The notes below the pieces were generated by a model. It had not been told where the DNA came from, made no database searches, and saw only the letters and a program-made list of their open reading frames with translations. From Callorhinchus milii (taxonomy: Eukaryota): a stretch of 64,000 bases of DNA. Numbering within the stretch: position 1 is the stretch's first letter; every line of letters starts with the position of its first letter. The stretch covers positions 106,828,001 to 106,892,000 of the forward strand of contig NW_024704743.1 of the NCBI RefSeq assembly GCF_018977255.1, given 5' to 3'. Position numbers and translations under genes: made by a program. Below, piece after piece: positions 38,280 through 49,280 of this stretch.

Positions 38280-39095
38280 TAATAATTGCTACATTTAATA
38301 TAGCTCCTTTTACGTCAGGAACATGTTTCAAATTGTTTCGTAGGGTATATAATAAAGTGTAGTGACTGTTTAATTTGTGGGGTAATGCAGCAGCCAATTT
38401 GTACACAACAACATGTCACAAACAGCCATTAAATGAATAACCAATTGTTTTATTTGGGGGATTGTTGGCCAGGAGACTGGTAGATCATATGGAAAAAATC
38501 ACCAGTACACACCTGATAATAATAATCCTTCCATGTGGAGTCCTGTAGCTCAGAGGTTAGAGCACTCGCTTTGCAAGTGAGAGACCTGAGTTCAATTCCA
38601 GGCAGGGCGAAACCTTGGGCAAGTTTCCTTACCCCAAAAAAACAAGAATTAAATTGGTCATTTTCAATCTACGACTGTTTGTGGGACATTGCTGTGCGCA
38701 ATTGGCTGCCGCGTTCGCTCACAAATATACAGTCAATTCACTTTACAGTGTGTTCTGTGAAGCGCTTTGGGACGTCCTCCCGACGTGAAAAGCGCTATAT
38801 CAAATGCAAGGATTATTATTATTATTATTATTTGATATAGCACCGAGGGATTGATTGTTGGCCAGGACTCCAGGAGAAACTCCATTTTCTTTTTTGAATA
38901 GTACCATAGTATGTTTCATGTCCACCTAAATGGTCAGATAGGACCTTGGTTTAACATCTCATCTGAAGCATGGCACAAAGTGACACCCCAGGCAATAGAT
39001 TGGAGTATCAGCCTGGACTGTGATCTCAAATTTGTGATCTCAAAACACAACTTTATGACTCAGAGGCAAGCGTGCTTACGAACTGAGCCAGGCTG
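38280..39095 (-). mobile_element. DeuSINE/SacSINE1-like SINE interrupted by a compound insertion at 38475-38852
   Basis: The two halves are colinear with the family consensus; a 15-bp direct repeat flanks the interruption. Confidence 0.78.
38535..38831 (+). mobile_element. Young tRNA-derived SINE
   Basis: Near-identical to 46148-46467 apart from a short internal deletion. Confidence 0.95.
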
Positions 39096-39115
39096 CAGAA
39101 ATAAATATATAAGCA

Positions 39116-39239
39116 AACTTATATTAATAACTTATATTTAAAATAAATATAAGTAATTGCGAATATTTTTAATATTTTATATTAACTTATATTGATAACT
39201 TATAATTAAAATAATTATAAGTAATTGTGAATATTTTTT
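39116..39239. repeat. AT-rich imperfect tandem duplication, period 68 bp
   Basis: AACTTATATTRATAACTTATAWTTAAAATAAWTATAAGTAATTGYGAATATTTTT at 39116 and 39184. Confidence 0.85.
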
Positions 39240-41204
39240 ACAGCAAATTCTTAACATATTAACAATGTAAGCCTGAATAGCCTTACCGTGTATGACTTCT
39301 TCCCTATTCTGTATGTGCTGTGTAATACTCAGTATTATGTATTTATTCAGCTAATACTATAAGCTAGTCCTGTGGAAGGAGAGCACTGGTGGGTGGGGGT
39401 TGCTTCGGTGGTTTGGAGGGGGGAGATCTGTCTTGAACATGAGACAAACGGAAAGGTGGCTGCTTTGACACAGCTGGAAAAGTGGTACTTTGCTCTGCCC
39501 CGTTGTGCAGCATGTGTTGGAAACACAGACCTGTGTACCGCCAAGAGTCAATAGTTAGGAATCTTTTTTTGAATTGTGTTGCGAATGGCCCATTGTTAAC
39601 AGATAATTTTAAAATGGTACCCGGATACCAGGGCAATACATTTGAAATATATTGTATTTCCAAATTTACCTGTAACCTTTGTTTTACGTAATATACTTCT
39701 TGCTCAGACAATTTACCAGGTCTGAGTCACGAACCACACCATGTTGATGCAATGGGCCTCCTCCTGCCATCCCAGTCTTTTGTGATCAAAGAAAAGCTGG
39801 CTAACATTGACTACAGTAAGTACATTGCTGGCTTGCTCACTGTAGAAAATAGTCCAAGCCATTGCTTCACTTAAAGGCACTTCCTGGATCTGTAAAACTG
39901 ACCATTCTTCAACATTAAGTACTATTCCTTTCAAATCAGAGCTGTAGCACTAGGCAAGAATTTTTCATTTTGTTCCTATTAATGGACACTCAGTCCACAC
40001 TCTACTATGGATCTATGGATCTTGCAGTTTATTGCTTAGGCTATTCCATTTTAGATTCTCACATTTTGCTCACTATATTTTAACCATAAAAGTGGACAAT
40101 ATGGATCAGTTGGACATGTATCAGCAAAAGGATGACATGAGATAATATATTAATGATCCTTGCATTTGATATAATACCGTATCACATCATCAAGACGTCT
40201 CAAAGTGCTTCACAGGATGTTACTATGAAGTGGGGTGACTGTGTATTTATAGGTTAATGCAGCAGTCAATCTGCACATGCCCTTCAATCAGCCAGGATGT
40301 GAGTGATCAATTTTAGTTGGTGTATCAGAGGCACGAGGCAGAGGCAGAGATTACCAGCCCTTACAAACAAGTAGCTGCACGAAAAGTAGCCTACACTTTG
40401 ATGATGTTTTTTGATTTTGTTACTATAATGCTACTTAAGAATTCTGAGAAATACATTTTATTGAGTCTGTAACAGCGGACTTAAACCTGCACCGCATCAT
40501 TTCTAAGCTGGTAGAATGCTTGTATTTACCTTGGCACTGTTCTTTACATGTTTCCAGGCATTGTGCCCTGGCAGCTCTGCACAAATGCGGCCCACATAAT
40601 GGCTTTGCGCAGGTCAAGGGATGCCGTGGTTTGCACAATTAACTCAGGATTAATTTCATGGCAGTAAAATGAAAGATGTTAAATAAAAGCATCCCAGTCT
40701 GATGATGGGTTGGAAAAACAGTTGGACCTGACTACATAACACATGAGCAATGATGTTAAGACTATCTGCCTGATCAGCTCCGCAGCACTCCACAGTGATG
40801 TATGATACCAAGCTGGTGCATTCTATTTAAATGATGGATGAATAATTTTATTTGTTAACTTTCTAAGCCTTAAGGCACCACAAAACAATTTACAAGACCG
40901 GGAGCGATTGAGATTATTCTTTCTGTCTCCCACAACCTGGTTTGAAAACAAAGACTGGCTTATTGATTGATGAGTTCCAGTCTTGTTGATCTGCAGGATT
41001 ACAGCTTTTTTTTGATCGCAAAAGCAGCATTTTGAAGCCAGTTTTCAGCCAACGAAAGGCACAAGTCAGTTGCCCTTTGTTTGAAGACGTTCTGCCTGTC
41101 TTTCCTTATTATGTCTAACATCCTAAATTTTTAAAAATGTTAGCCCTGGTATTTGAACACTTTGTCATTAGTGGAGAAAACTTGCTAGCGTCATCCTTGC
41201 TGAT

Positions 41205-41300
41205 CCCTTCATAATCTTAAAAACTACAATTAAGTCACCTCGAAGCCTCCTCTTTTCCAAAGAGACAAAGTGGAGCTTCTTTCAGCTTTTCTTCACAACC
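41205..41300 (-). mobile_element. Ancient CR1 fragment
   Basis: Reverse complement encodes SLEKRRLRGDLIVVFKIMKG. Confidence 0.75.
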
Positions 41301-41679
41301 TTTCACAACTTGGCGGAGTCGAGAAAGTATACCGGCTTATATTTAGTTTGAATCTGGTTGGTGAAGAAATTGTTTCTTGAATTTTTGAAATGTATTGGCA
41401 TCTTTTTGATGATTTTTTTTCACATGGTTACGTTTGTTATTCACTTCTTCTTTCTTACATTTTGTCTTTCAGTAAGTTCTGGATCATGTGGTTCACCATG
41501 TGATTGCTGGAAATACTGTAGTCTCATGAGAAATGTAGTCACACTGCTGCTGAAGCCTTCACAATGTACAAACATATTTATTTATAAACATTGCAAACTC
41601 TGCTGCACTTTGTGTAGAAGAATAGGCTGCTTCAAATTGCGTTTTAGAATCTCTGTTGCAGGAATTAATCCATACAATA

Positions 41680-42330
41680 CAAATTACATTTGTATAGCGC
41701 CTTTCACGTCAGGAGGATGTCCCAAGGCACTGGACACTCAGGGATTTGAACCTGAGCTGGGGGGCGGAATCGTGGAGGGTAGGGAAGGTAGGAGGGTGGC
41801 CGAAGGGTCAGTTGAAGAAGAAGGTTTTGAGACATGCCTTGAAGGAGGCAAGGGAGGGAGTGAGGTGAACATAGGAACATAAGAATAGAAGGAGGCCATT
41901 CAGCCCTTCGAGCATGTTCCACCAATTAAATCATGGCTGATCTGTACCTCAACTAATCCTTTCAATTCCAATTTCCCGCTTTCTCCCCGCATCCCTTAAG
42001 GCGCTGACCTACCAAAAATCTATCAACCTCACTCTTGAAAGTGTGGATGGATCCAGCTGAAGGTGTGAAGGGAATGTGGGATGGATTTCCATAGAGTGGG
42101 GACAGAAAGGCTGCACCCCGGCCCCCGATGGTGGAGTAGGCTGGGCGGGGGATGTGGAGCAGGCCAGAGTCTACTGAGTGGAGGGTGCGGACAGGTTGAT
42201 ATGGGGTCAGCAGGTCACAGAGGTAGGGTGGGGCAAGGCTATGGCGGACCTTGAAGGCGAGGGCAAGGATTTTGAGTTCTGTCCTCTGGGGGATGGGGAG
42301 CCAGTGGAGCCAGTGGAGCCAGGCGAGGGT
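41680..42330 (-). mobile_element. L2 3' fragment with a nested CR1 3' end (~41868-42058)
   Basis: LHWLPIPQR...IGGR translation; the CR1 tail reads GAACATAGGAACATAAGAA on +. Confidence 0.85.
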
Positions 42331-44131
42331 GGGATACACTGGCAGCTGTATAATAAACACAGAATGCTAAACACCTGGAGTGTGTTAAACACAGGATATA
42401 ATATGGATAAGTAGTAATACTTGGAATACGTGGAGAGTCAATCTTCGTAAAAGCCAAGCTTTAGTATTTTTAATCATTGTTTTCTGAAAATCAAGATGTT
42501 TTATTGCTGAAACACACTTAGCTGTGGAAAGTGTCAGTCTGGCTGCGTTGGTAGCACTCTTGCCACAGAGTCAAAGGTTGGGAGTTCAAATCTCATGTTG
42601 GGAGTTCGAACTCATAGACTACGCTGACATTCCAATGCCGTCAGGAGTTCCACATAGACATGGGCTATTACACAGTACACAATACACATTGTCTAATACA
42701 TAACTTAATTTAATGTTTTTTTGAGTTTCAAAAACATTCTTTCAATTTGCCCATGGGATAAAATATAAATGTATAATTACTATATTATTAAACTAACATT
42801 TAAACATCTGTAAATTGGCTCCACTTATAGCTATACATGGTGCTATCCAGTTTTACTTGGCTGGCTAACTCTTACTTCAGTTGTGAGGGAAACTGATGTA
42901 GAATACTTTAATACATCTTACACTAAAAATTTGCAGTTCAAGAAGTCTTGCCAGGTTTACAACTTTGCCTGTTCTTTTACTACAATTCATTTAGTCAAGC
43001 TGTACATAGTGTTATTAAGAAATGTACAAAGTGCTGTGGAAAAGTACAACAACAACAACAACAATAACTTGGATTTATATAGCGTCCTCCACGCCGGATG
43101 GCGTCTCAGAGCGCTTTACAGTTTAGGATCCCGGGACCGAGCCAGGGGGAGGGGTGGGAAGGTGATCAAAGGCGCGGTAAAAAAGAAAGGTCTTTAGTAC
43201 ATGTCTAATTAACAATAGCATCATGTGATAGGTACCAGAGGATTACAATGTTATTTTTGATAGTGTGGTAACAAGGGTATTCCTTTCGCTATGTAATGAG
43301 TAATAATATCCTTGTATATGATCCTACTATGTTGGGAGAAAGTAATAGAAACCACAAGTATATCAAATAGAGAATAATATTGTGATTCAAATAAATAAAA
43401 AAAAATTGCATTTGGTACAGCACCTTATCACATAGAACCATATCAAAGCACTTCACAGTGTGTAATATAAAGTATAGTGACTTAGTGACTGTACTTGTTG
43501 GACAATGGAGTAGCCAATTGCATAGTAATGTTCTATAAACAGGTGAATAAACATTTTTTTTTGCTTTGTAGGATTGTTGGCCAGGACATCAAGAGAAACT
43601 CTTCTTTTCGAACAAGCACCATGGTATGTTTAACGTGCACCTAAACAGAGAGACCTTACTTCCATTTAACATCTTATCCGAAGCATGAAACATCTACTTC
43701 AAAGGACGTTTTTATGATATTTGATGAAAAAATGTAGTTAGCTCCTTTCCCGCCTAGCATGAATGCCATGGAAACACAGGCCACAGTCTTGAACCATGTG
43801 AGGGTACAACGGATATTAAATGCAAGACAATAAATTTGAAGGCGATTTAATATATTGCTAAATGGTATGATAATAATGGTTTGCTTTCTTTGAGGTGAAA
43901 ACAAGGATATTTCTTCTCAAATTCAGTGTTTATTCACGATGGCAAAAATCAAATCGATTATGAAACATCACAGATTTTAGTTATTTTTTTTATTTTTTAA
44001 TTCGATTACCACAAATTCCATACTCTATCTTCATGAAGCTCAGTCAAGAGGAAAATGACTTTACCTGGTAGAGATCAGATAAAACCATTGTAAAATTGAG
44101 TTACATCGCCACCCATTACAGGACTCCATTT

Positions 44132-44424
44132 GTGGAGTCCTGCAGCTCAGAGGTTAGAGCACTCGCTTTGCAAGCGAGAGACCTGAGTTCAATTCCAGGC
44201 AGAGGGCGAAACCTTGGGCAAGTTTCCTTACTCCACACACCTAATAATAATCCCCCCAAAAAAACAAAAAACAATAACTAAATTGGTCATTTTCAATCGT
44301 TCAAGCGCCGCGTTCGCCCACAACTATATACAGTCAATTTACTTTACAGTGTGTTTTGTGAAGCGCTTTGGGACGTCCTCCCGACGTGAAAAGCGCTATA
44401 TCAAATGCAAGGATTATTATTATT
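44132..44424 (+). mobile_element. Young tRNA-derived SINE with internal deletion
   Basis: Matches 46148-46467. Confidence 0.93.
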
Positions 44425-44589
44425 AGAATTCCCTGTGTTTCTTGTTTCTTTGCAAAATAACAGGCTGTTTGGTTTTGATTCGGTTTCTTTATTTCTTTGT
44501 TTAGTTTCTGAAAAAAATTCTGATGTTGTTGTATCAAATGACTTAATGTATTTTTTGAGTTGATGACAAACTATCAACACCACATGACT

Positions 44590-45290
44590 TACAAAGAATG
44601 TACAGTACGGAAGCAAGCCAATCAGTCCGTGCCGGTGTTTATACTCCACACAAGTCTTCATCCATTCCTTACTCCCTCCCATACCTTTTTATTTCCTTCT
44701 CTGTCATGTGAAAGTCTAACTTCTTCTTGAATGCAAATACACTATTTGATTCAACCTCCAGCCTGTCTAAGAAGATACCCTTAACTCCTACTATTTGCGT
44801 TCACTTTCCTAACCATTTTTTAATTCACTCTGCTACCTCTCGCATGATTCCTCAGGCCCCATTTTAATCATGAGCCTGTCACGTGGCACTTTATCAAAGG
44901 CCTTCTGGAAATTCAGATACACCTCATCACTGCATTTCCCTTGTCTACTTTATTGGTTAAGTCTTCAAAGAACTTGATAAGGTCAGGCATGGCCTCCCTT
45001 TTGCAAATCCATGCTGGTTACTCTTATATAATATAATTATATTCTCCTTCTCCAGATAACTAGCTTACTTCATCTTTTATCATAGCTTCTAATACCTTGC
45101 CCACAAACAACGTTAAGCTGATTGACCTGTAGTTTCCTGGATTAGGTGTTTCACCCTTTTTAAAAACAGGTATTACATTGTCCATTCTTCAGTCCTATGA
45201 CATGATTCATTTCTCTACGGAGTTCTTAACTATATACACCAGAGCCTCAGCTTTTTCCTCCATAGTTTCCCTAAGGATCCTTGGATGAGC
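44590..45290 (-). mobile_element. CR1 3' UTR fragment followed by an old CR1 RT fragment
   Basis: Reverse complement gives NPGNYRS and VYLNFQKAFDKVPRDRL. Confidence 0.82.
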
Positions 45291-46066
45291 GACAAGAAGC
45301 TTTTCCAGCTGTTATACTGCAAGGGGCATCTTCTTCTCAATTCATGTGATAGGAAGACAGGGTTCTACTGAGAAATCTGTTTACTGGGAGATTTAGATTA
45401 CCCACAAGAATGTCCTCCCTGATTTATATAACATTGGTTTCATTGACTTTTAAACATTGCTTTTTTGGAGACAATGTTTCTAATAAGAAACAAATTGCCT
45501 ATATTAGGATGCAATAGAACATGTTACCTTTGTGTATCAGTTTTATGCAGCTGATGGTATCTATCAATCTTAGCACAATATCAGCTTTCCAAGAGAATGC
45601 AATTGGTTCTTGTAGCTGTTTCTCTGAGAACAAGGCCAACAAAGATGACATGTAATCCATCAGAAACACACTGGCTATCAAATGTATATTCTGTACTCAA
45701 TGTAGCTCTTGGCAGCTTGTTTAAATACTATATTTCACTGGACTAACTTTGAGAGCAACTATAAGCCTTTGAATGTGTGACACATTTTTCTTGTATCTTC
45801 AACGGCATCGGTGACCCTGAAATGTACGTTTTTCAGAACCACAATATATTACTAAGTGGAAAAAAATGACCTTTACATCATCTAATTGAATTTACATAAA
45901 CAACAGCAGTTTGTTCAAAAGAAATCAGTCTTAGTGGGCCTCCTATAAAATTGATTACATCTCAAAGAGTTTGTGCATAATACGTCATTAAAACATGTTT
46001 TAGTCTGATCTAATTGTCCAACAGATTTGATTAGACCATCATGCGGTGAGGTGCTGGAATATTTCA

Positions 46067-46660
46067 TAGAATCATAGAATTATATAGCACAGAAGGCGTC
46101 CGTTCGGCCCATCAGTCCATGCCAGCGTTTATACTCCACACAAGTCCTGGAGTCCTGTAGCTCAATGGTTAGAGCACTCGCTTTGCAAGCGAGAAACCTG
46201 AGTTCAATTCCAGGCAGGGCGAAACCTTGGGCAAGTTTCCTTACTCCACACGCCCAATAATAATCCCTCCAAAACCAAAAGCAATAATAAATTGGTCATT
46301 TTCAATCTACGACTGTTTGTGGGACATTGCTGTGCGCAATTGGCTGCCGCGTTCGCCCACAAATATACAGTCAATTCACTTTACAGTGTGTTTTGTGAAG
46401 CGCTTTGGGACGTCCTCCCGACGTGAAAAGCGCTATATCAAATGCAAGGATTATTATTATTATTATTAAGTCGTCATCCATTCCTTACTCCCTCCCACAC
46501 CGGCTATTTGAAAAGAGCTATACAAATCAATCCCACTCCCCCGCTCTCTCCCCAAAGCCCTGCAAACGTTTCCTTCCCAAATAATTATCTACTTCTCTCT
46601 TAAAAGTTGTTATTGAATTGGCTTCCATCACCCGTTCAGGCAATGCATTCCATATCCGAT
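46067..46660 (-). mobile_element. CR1 3' fragment interrupted by a young SINE
   Basis: (TCATAGAA)2 tail on +; sequence continues after 46468. Confidence 0.82.
46148..46467 (+). mobile_element. Young tRNA(Ala-like)-headed SINE, full length, with 5-bp TSD AAGTC
   Basis: A and B boxes, anticodon arm CTCGC-TTTGCAA-GCGAG, L2-like terminal hairpin, (TTA)n; TSD at 46142-46146 and 46468-46472. Confidence 0.96.
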
Positions 46661-46664
46661 CAAC

Positions 46665-47035
46665 TCAGATTTGGACCAGAAGATCCTGGATTCAATCACT
46701 GGTCTGAGCTAAGTTAGTTGATCTCAGTAGGATAAGCGATGGAGACAGTCCAGTTGGCTTGGAAGAGGAAATTGTGTCTCAGCGTAAGTAGGTTCCCTCT
46801 TGGTTCCTATCCATTAACCTCTATGAGACAGTTCACACAATTGGCTCCACTGTGATGTCTCCCAGAATTTGCAAAGGCTGCCAATGTTTATTGCCCAGAC
46901 TCACACAAGAAGAATAGCCACTTGGACAAAGTATTGGACAAAGATTCTATGATTCTATGATAAAGCAGCCAGTGCACAAGGACCCAACCCCCAGCAGGGA
47001 ACTACCTAATTTCAGAAGGAGACAAATTTGGAGGA
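46665..47035 (+). mobile_element. Ancient SINE-like element of a third family
   Basis: B-box-like GGATTCAATCAC; motif CTCACAC..GAAGAATAGCCACTTGG shared with 58940-59100 (+) and with 56300-56450, 60790-61000 and, weakly, 16080-16240 (-). Confidence 0.55.
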
Positions 47036-47389
47036 AATAAAATCAGAATAACAGTGACATATTGTGTAAGGTTATGAGATTCAGAGGAAATTTATTCCAT
47101 GTTGACAGTTCTTCCTTAAGACATTCTCCAACCCAGTTCCGGGACATGGGAGGGAGTTGAGGGAATGTATTCCCTGTGGAGGTAAATACCTCTGAGTATC
47201 ATTGTGGAATATTACATGCTGTCTCAGAATCAAAAAAGTCATTGCTCACCACGTCAAAACACTCTGAGACAGCAATAAAGAGACCAAAAAGATGTTGGGC
47301 TACTTTGCCAAATCATTTGAGTTCAGATTCCCAGAAATCATACTCAAGCTATATATATATATATATATATATATATTGCTCTGGTGAGG

Positions 47390-47880
47390 CATATGTAGAG
47401 TACTGCAGGCTGTACAGTTCTGGTTGAACATGACATAAGGTGGCTATCCAGAGGCAGTGGAGAGGAGAGCAAAAAGAATGATCCTCAGTGTTAGACAGGT
47501 TAGGCTTTTCAATCAGAGATCAGAAGGGACCTTAGGTGTACAGTGTTAGACAGGTTAGGCTTTTCAATCAGAGATCAGAAGGGACCTTAGGTGTATAACA
47601 TTTTAAATTGGATTGAAAAAGTAAGCCCAGAATAGTACTTCAAGATGCTCCAAGACAGTAGAAGAGAGCATAGGTTTAGAGTTGTAAAAGGCAATTTCCA
47701 GTAGAGAGACCAGGAAGTTTTTCTTTTCCCAGAGGGTAATTAATGACTGGAATAAGTTGCCAGGAAGAGTGCTTGGGGCCAGGACACTCGATTAATTTAA
47801 AAAGCAGCTTGATGCTGCGTTGGGAAGATGGTAGGATGGGTATTCTGGAAGGATGAGATCAAATTGGCTGTAGGGTTTTC
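47390..47880 (+). mobile_element. Old CR1 3' fragment containing a 55-bp tandem duplication
   Basis: EYC.., RRAKRMI and FFSQRVINDWNKLP-like remnants. Confidence 0.7.
47486..47595. repeat. Perfect 55-bp tandem duplication
   Basis: CAGTGTTAGACAGGTTAGGCTTTTCAATCAGAGATCAGAAGGGACCTTAGGTGTA x2. Confidence 0.97.
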
Positions 47881-48539
47881 TTGATGATTGTGAAGTGTTG
47901 CCATAGAAATAGAATATTCCTTGTTAAGTGTTAAGGGTTATGTTACGCCCCCACCCAAATACTCATTGAGACTGGATATGAAATGAAGAAACTGATTAGT
48001 TAGCAATACTGTGAGTTTGTAAAGTAGGAGGGGGTGGGAAAGTTTTAAAATTAGAAATAGATATCATTCTGAATAAGTTTTGGAAAAAAATTGCAATCTT
48101 TGTGAGTGAAGATATCCGTGTCCTTGAGTGCTGTTCAGCAAATAAGTGTCAGCCATAATGTACTTGTTAAATTATAGCTTCTATCTATTGCATTGGCACA
48201 CCATTCTAATTCATGACACCTTTTAGTGATGCAGAACTTTCACTCAGCAGAATAATTAGGCAGGGAAGAAGCACAACAGGCCACAACGTACATTGGGGTC
48301 TATTATCCAAGTTCTCATTATAAACAATCAATGTGAAGATCCCTATTTTTACAGATTGGCAATGATAGCCGGCATAGTCTGTAAGATTGCCCTAACCAAA
48401 ATACATTTTTCTTATTTCATGCTGGTGCTATACTAAAGATATTATGGACACACAACAGATATCTCAAACCACTTAACTTCATCAATTATTTCCCCAAATT
48501 TTGCTTATATTTCCCATGACATTATTTGAAAAGAGAAGG

Positions 48540-49280
48540 GAGATTCAACCATAGGCGCAGACAAAAAGGTAGGTTTTCAAGCAGGACTTTAAGACAGATA
48601 AATTCTACGAGATGGAGTGTTAGAAGAAGGGAGTTTCAGAGATTGGGGGCCATAGAATCAGAAAAGCTCAGCTACTAAAAGTGTTATGAAAAATCTGAGT
48701 TAGCCAGGCATAGGGGCCAAACAGAGGCTGGGTGTGGGTGTGGGTGTGTGTGATGGGGGTGGGGGGGAGAAGGTTAGAGACATAGGGAGATGTGGAGGAG
48801 TGGAGTGATTTATAGATGAGGACCTTGAAACTGATCCACTAGTGTGAGGTAGGGGTGGAAGAAGGCAATCTAATGGAGGTGAGGGACCGAATGTGAGGCA
48901 GGAAGGAGAACTGAGAATCGAACCGGACACCAAGTTGCGCAGTGGTTCAATAATTTTGATAGACGACAGGAATATTGAGGAGGTCAGAGCCAGAAATGAG
49001 GAAATGCTGGCAGGAGTCAAGGAAGATGGTTTCCATCTTGTCCATGTTGGATTGCAGGAAATTGTGGTTCATCCAGGCCTTGATGTCTGACAGACAAGAA
49101 GACAGAATATCATTGGACTTAGGAACAAAATCAGAAGTGGTAAAGTAGATTTGTGTGTCATCTGCTCACATGTGGAAGTTGATCCCATGTCTATGGATGA
49201 TGTCACATATAGATGAGGAAAAGGAAGGGACCGAGGACAGAGACTAGCAGATGACTATGCAAGGGTGGGAGGAGAAACTG
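48540..49280 (-). mobile_element. Old L2 fragment
   Basis: Reverse complement NFHM*ADDTQIY and DIKAWMNHNFLQ-like RT region. Confidence 0.75.

Noticed and set aside
38535..38840. Recurrent ~100-aa ORFs such as MESCSS...KCKDYYYY (also 408-731, 46227-46469, 32773-33186)
   Set aside because: Translations of SINE copies; the poly-Y/I/L runs come from (TTA)n tails
39364..39934. Minus-strand ORFs (…SPPSKPPKQPPP… and …QEVPLSEAMAW…) as host exons
   Set aside because: No recognisable homology and no consistent splice-site chain
40435..40638. Cys-rich peptide CLETCKEQCQG followed by a donor-like site
   Set aside because: No credible acceptor upstream and no recognisable domain spacing
40699..40735. 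Second hammerhead (CTGATGA...GAAA)
   Set aside because: No stem II pairing between the two motifs
46148..46222. Apparent tRNA-Ala(TGC) gene
   Set aside because: It is the head of a multi-copy SINE, with an imperfect T-stem and no terminator after the acceptor stem
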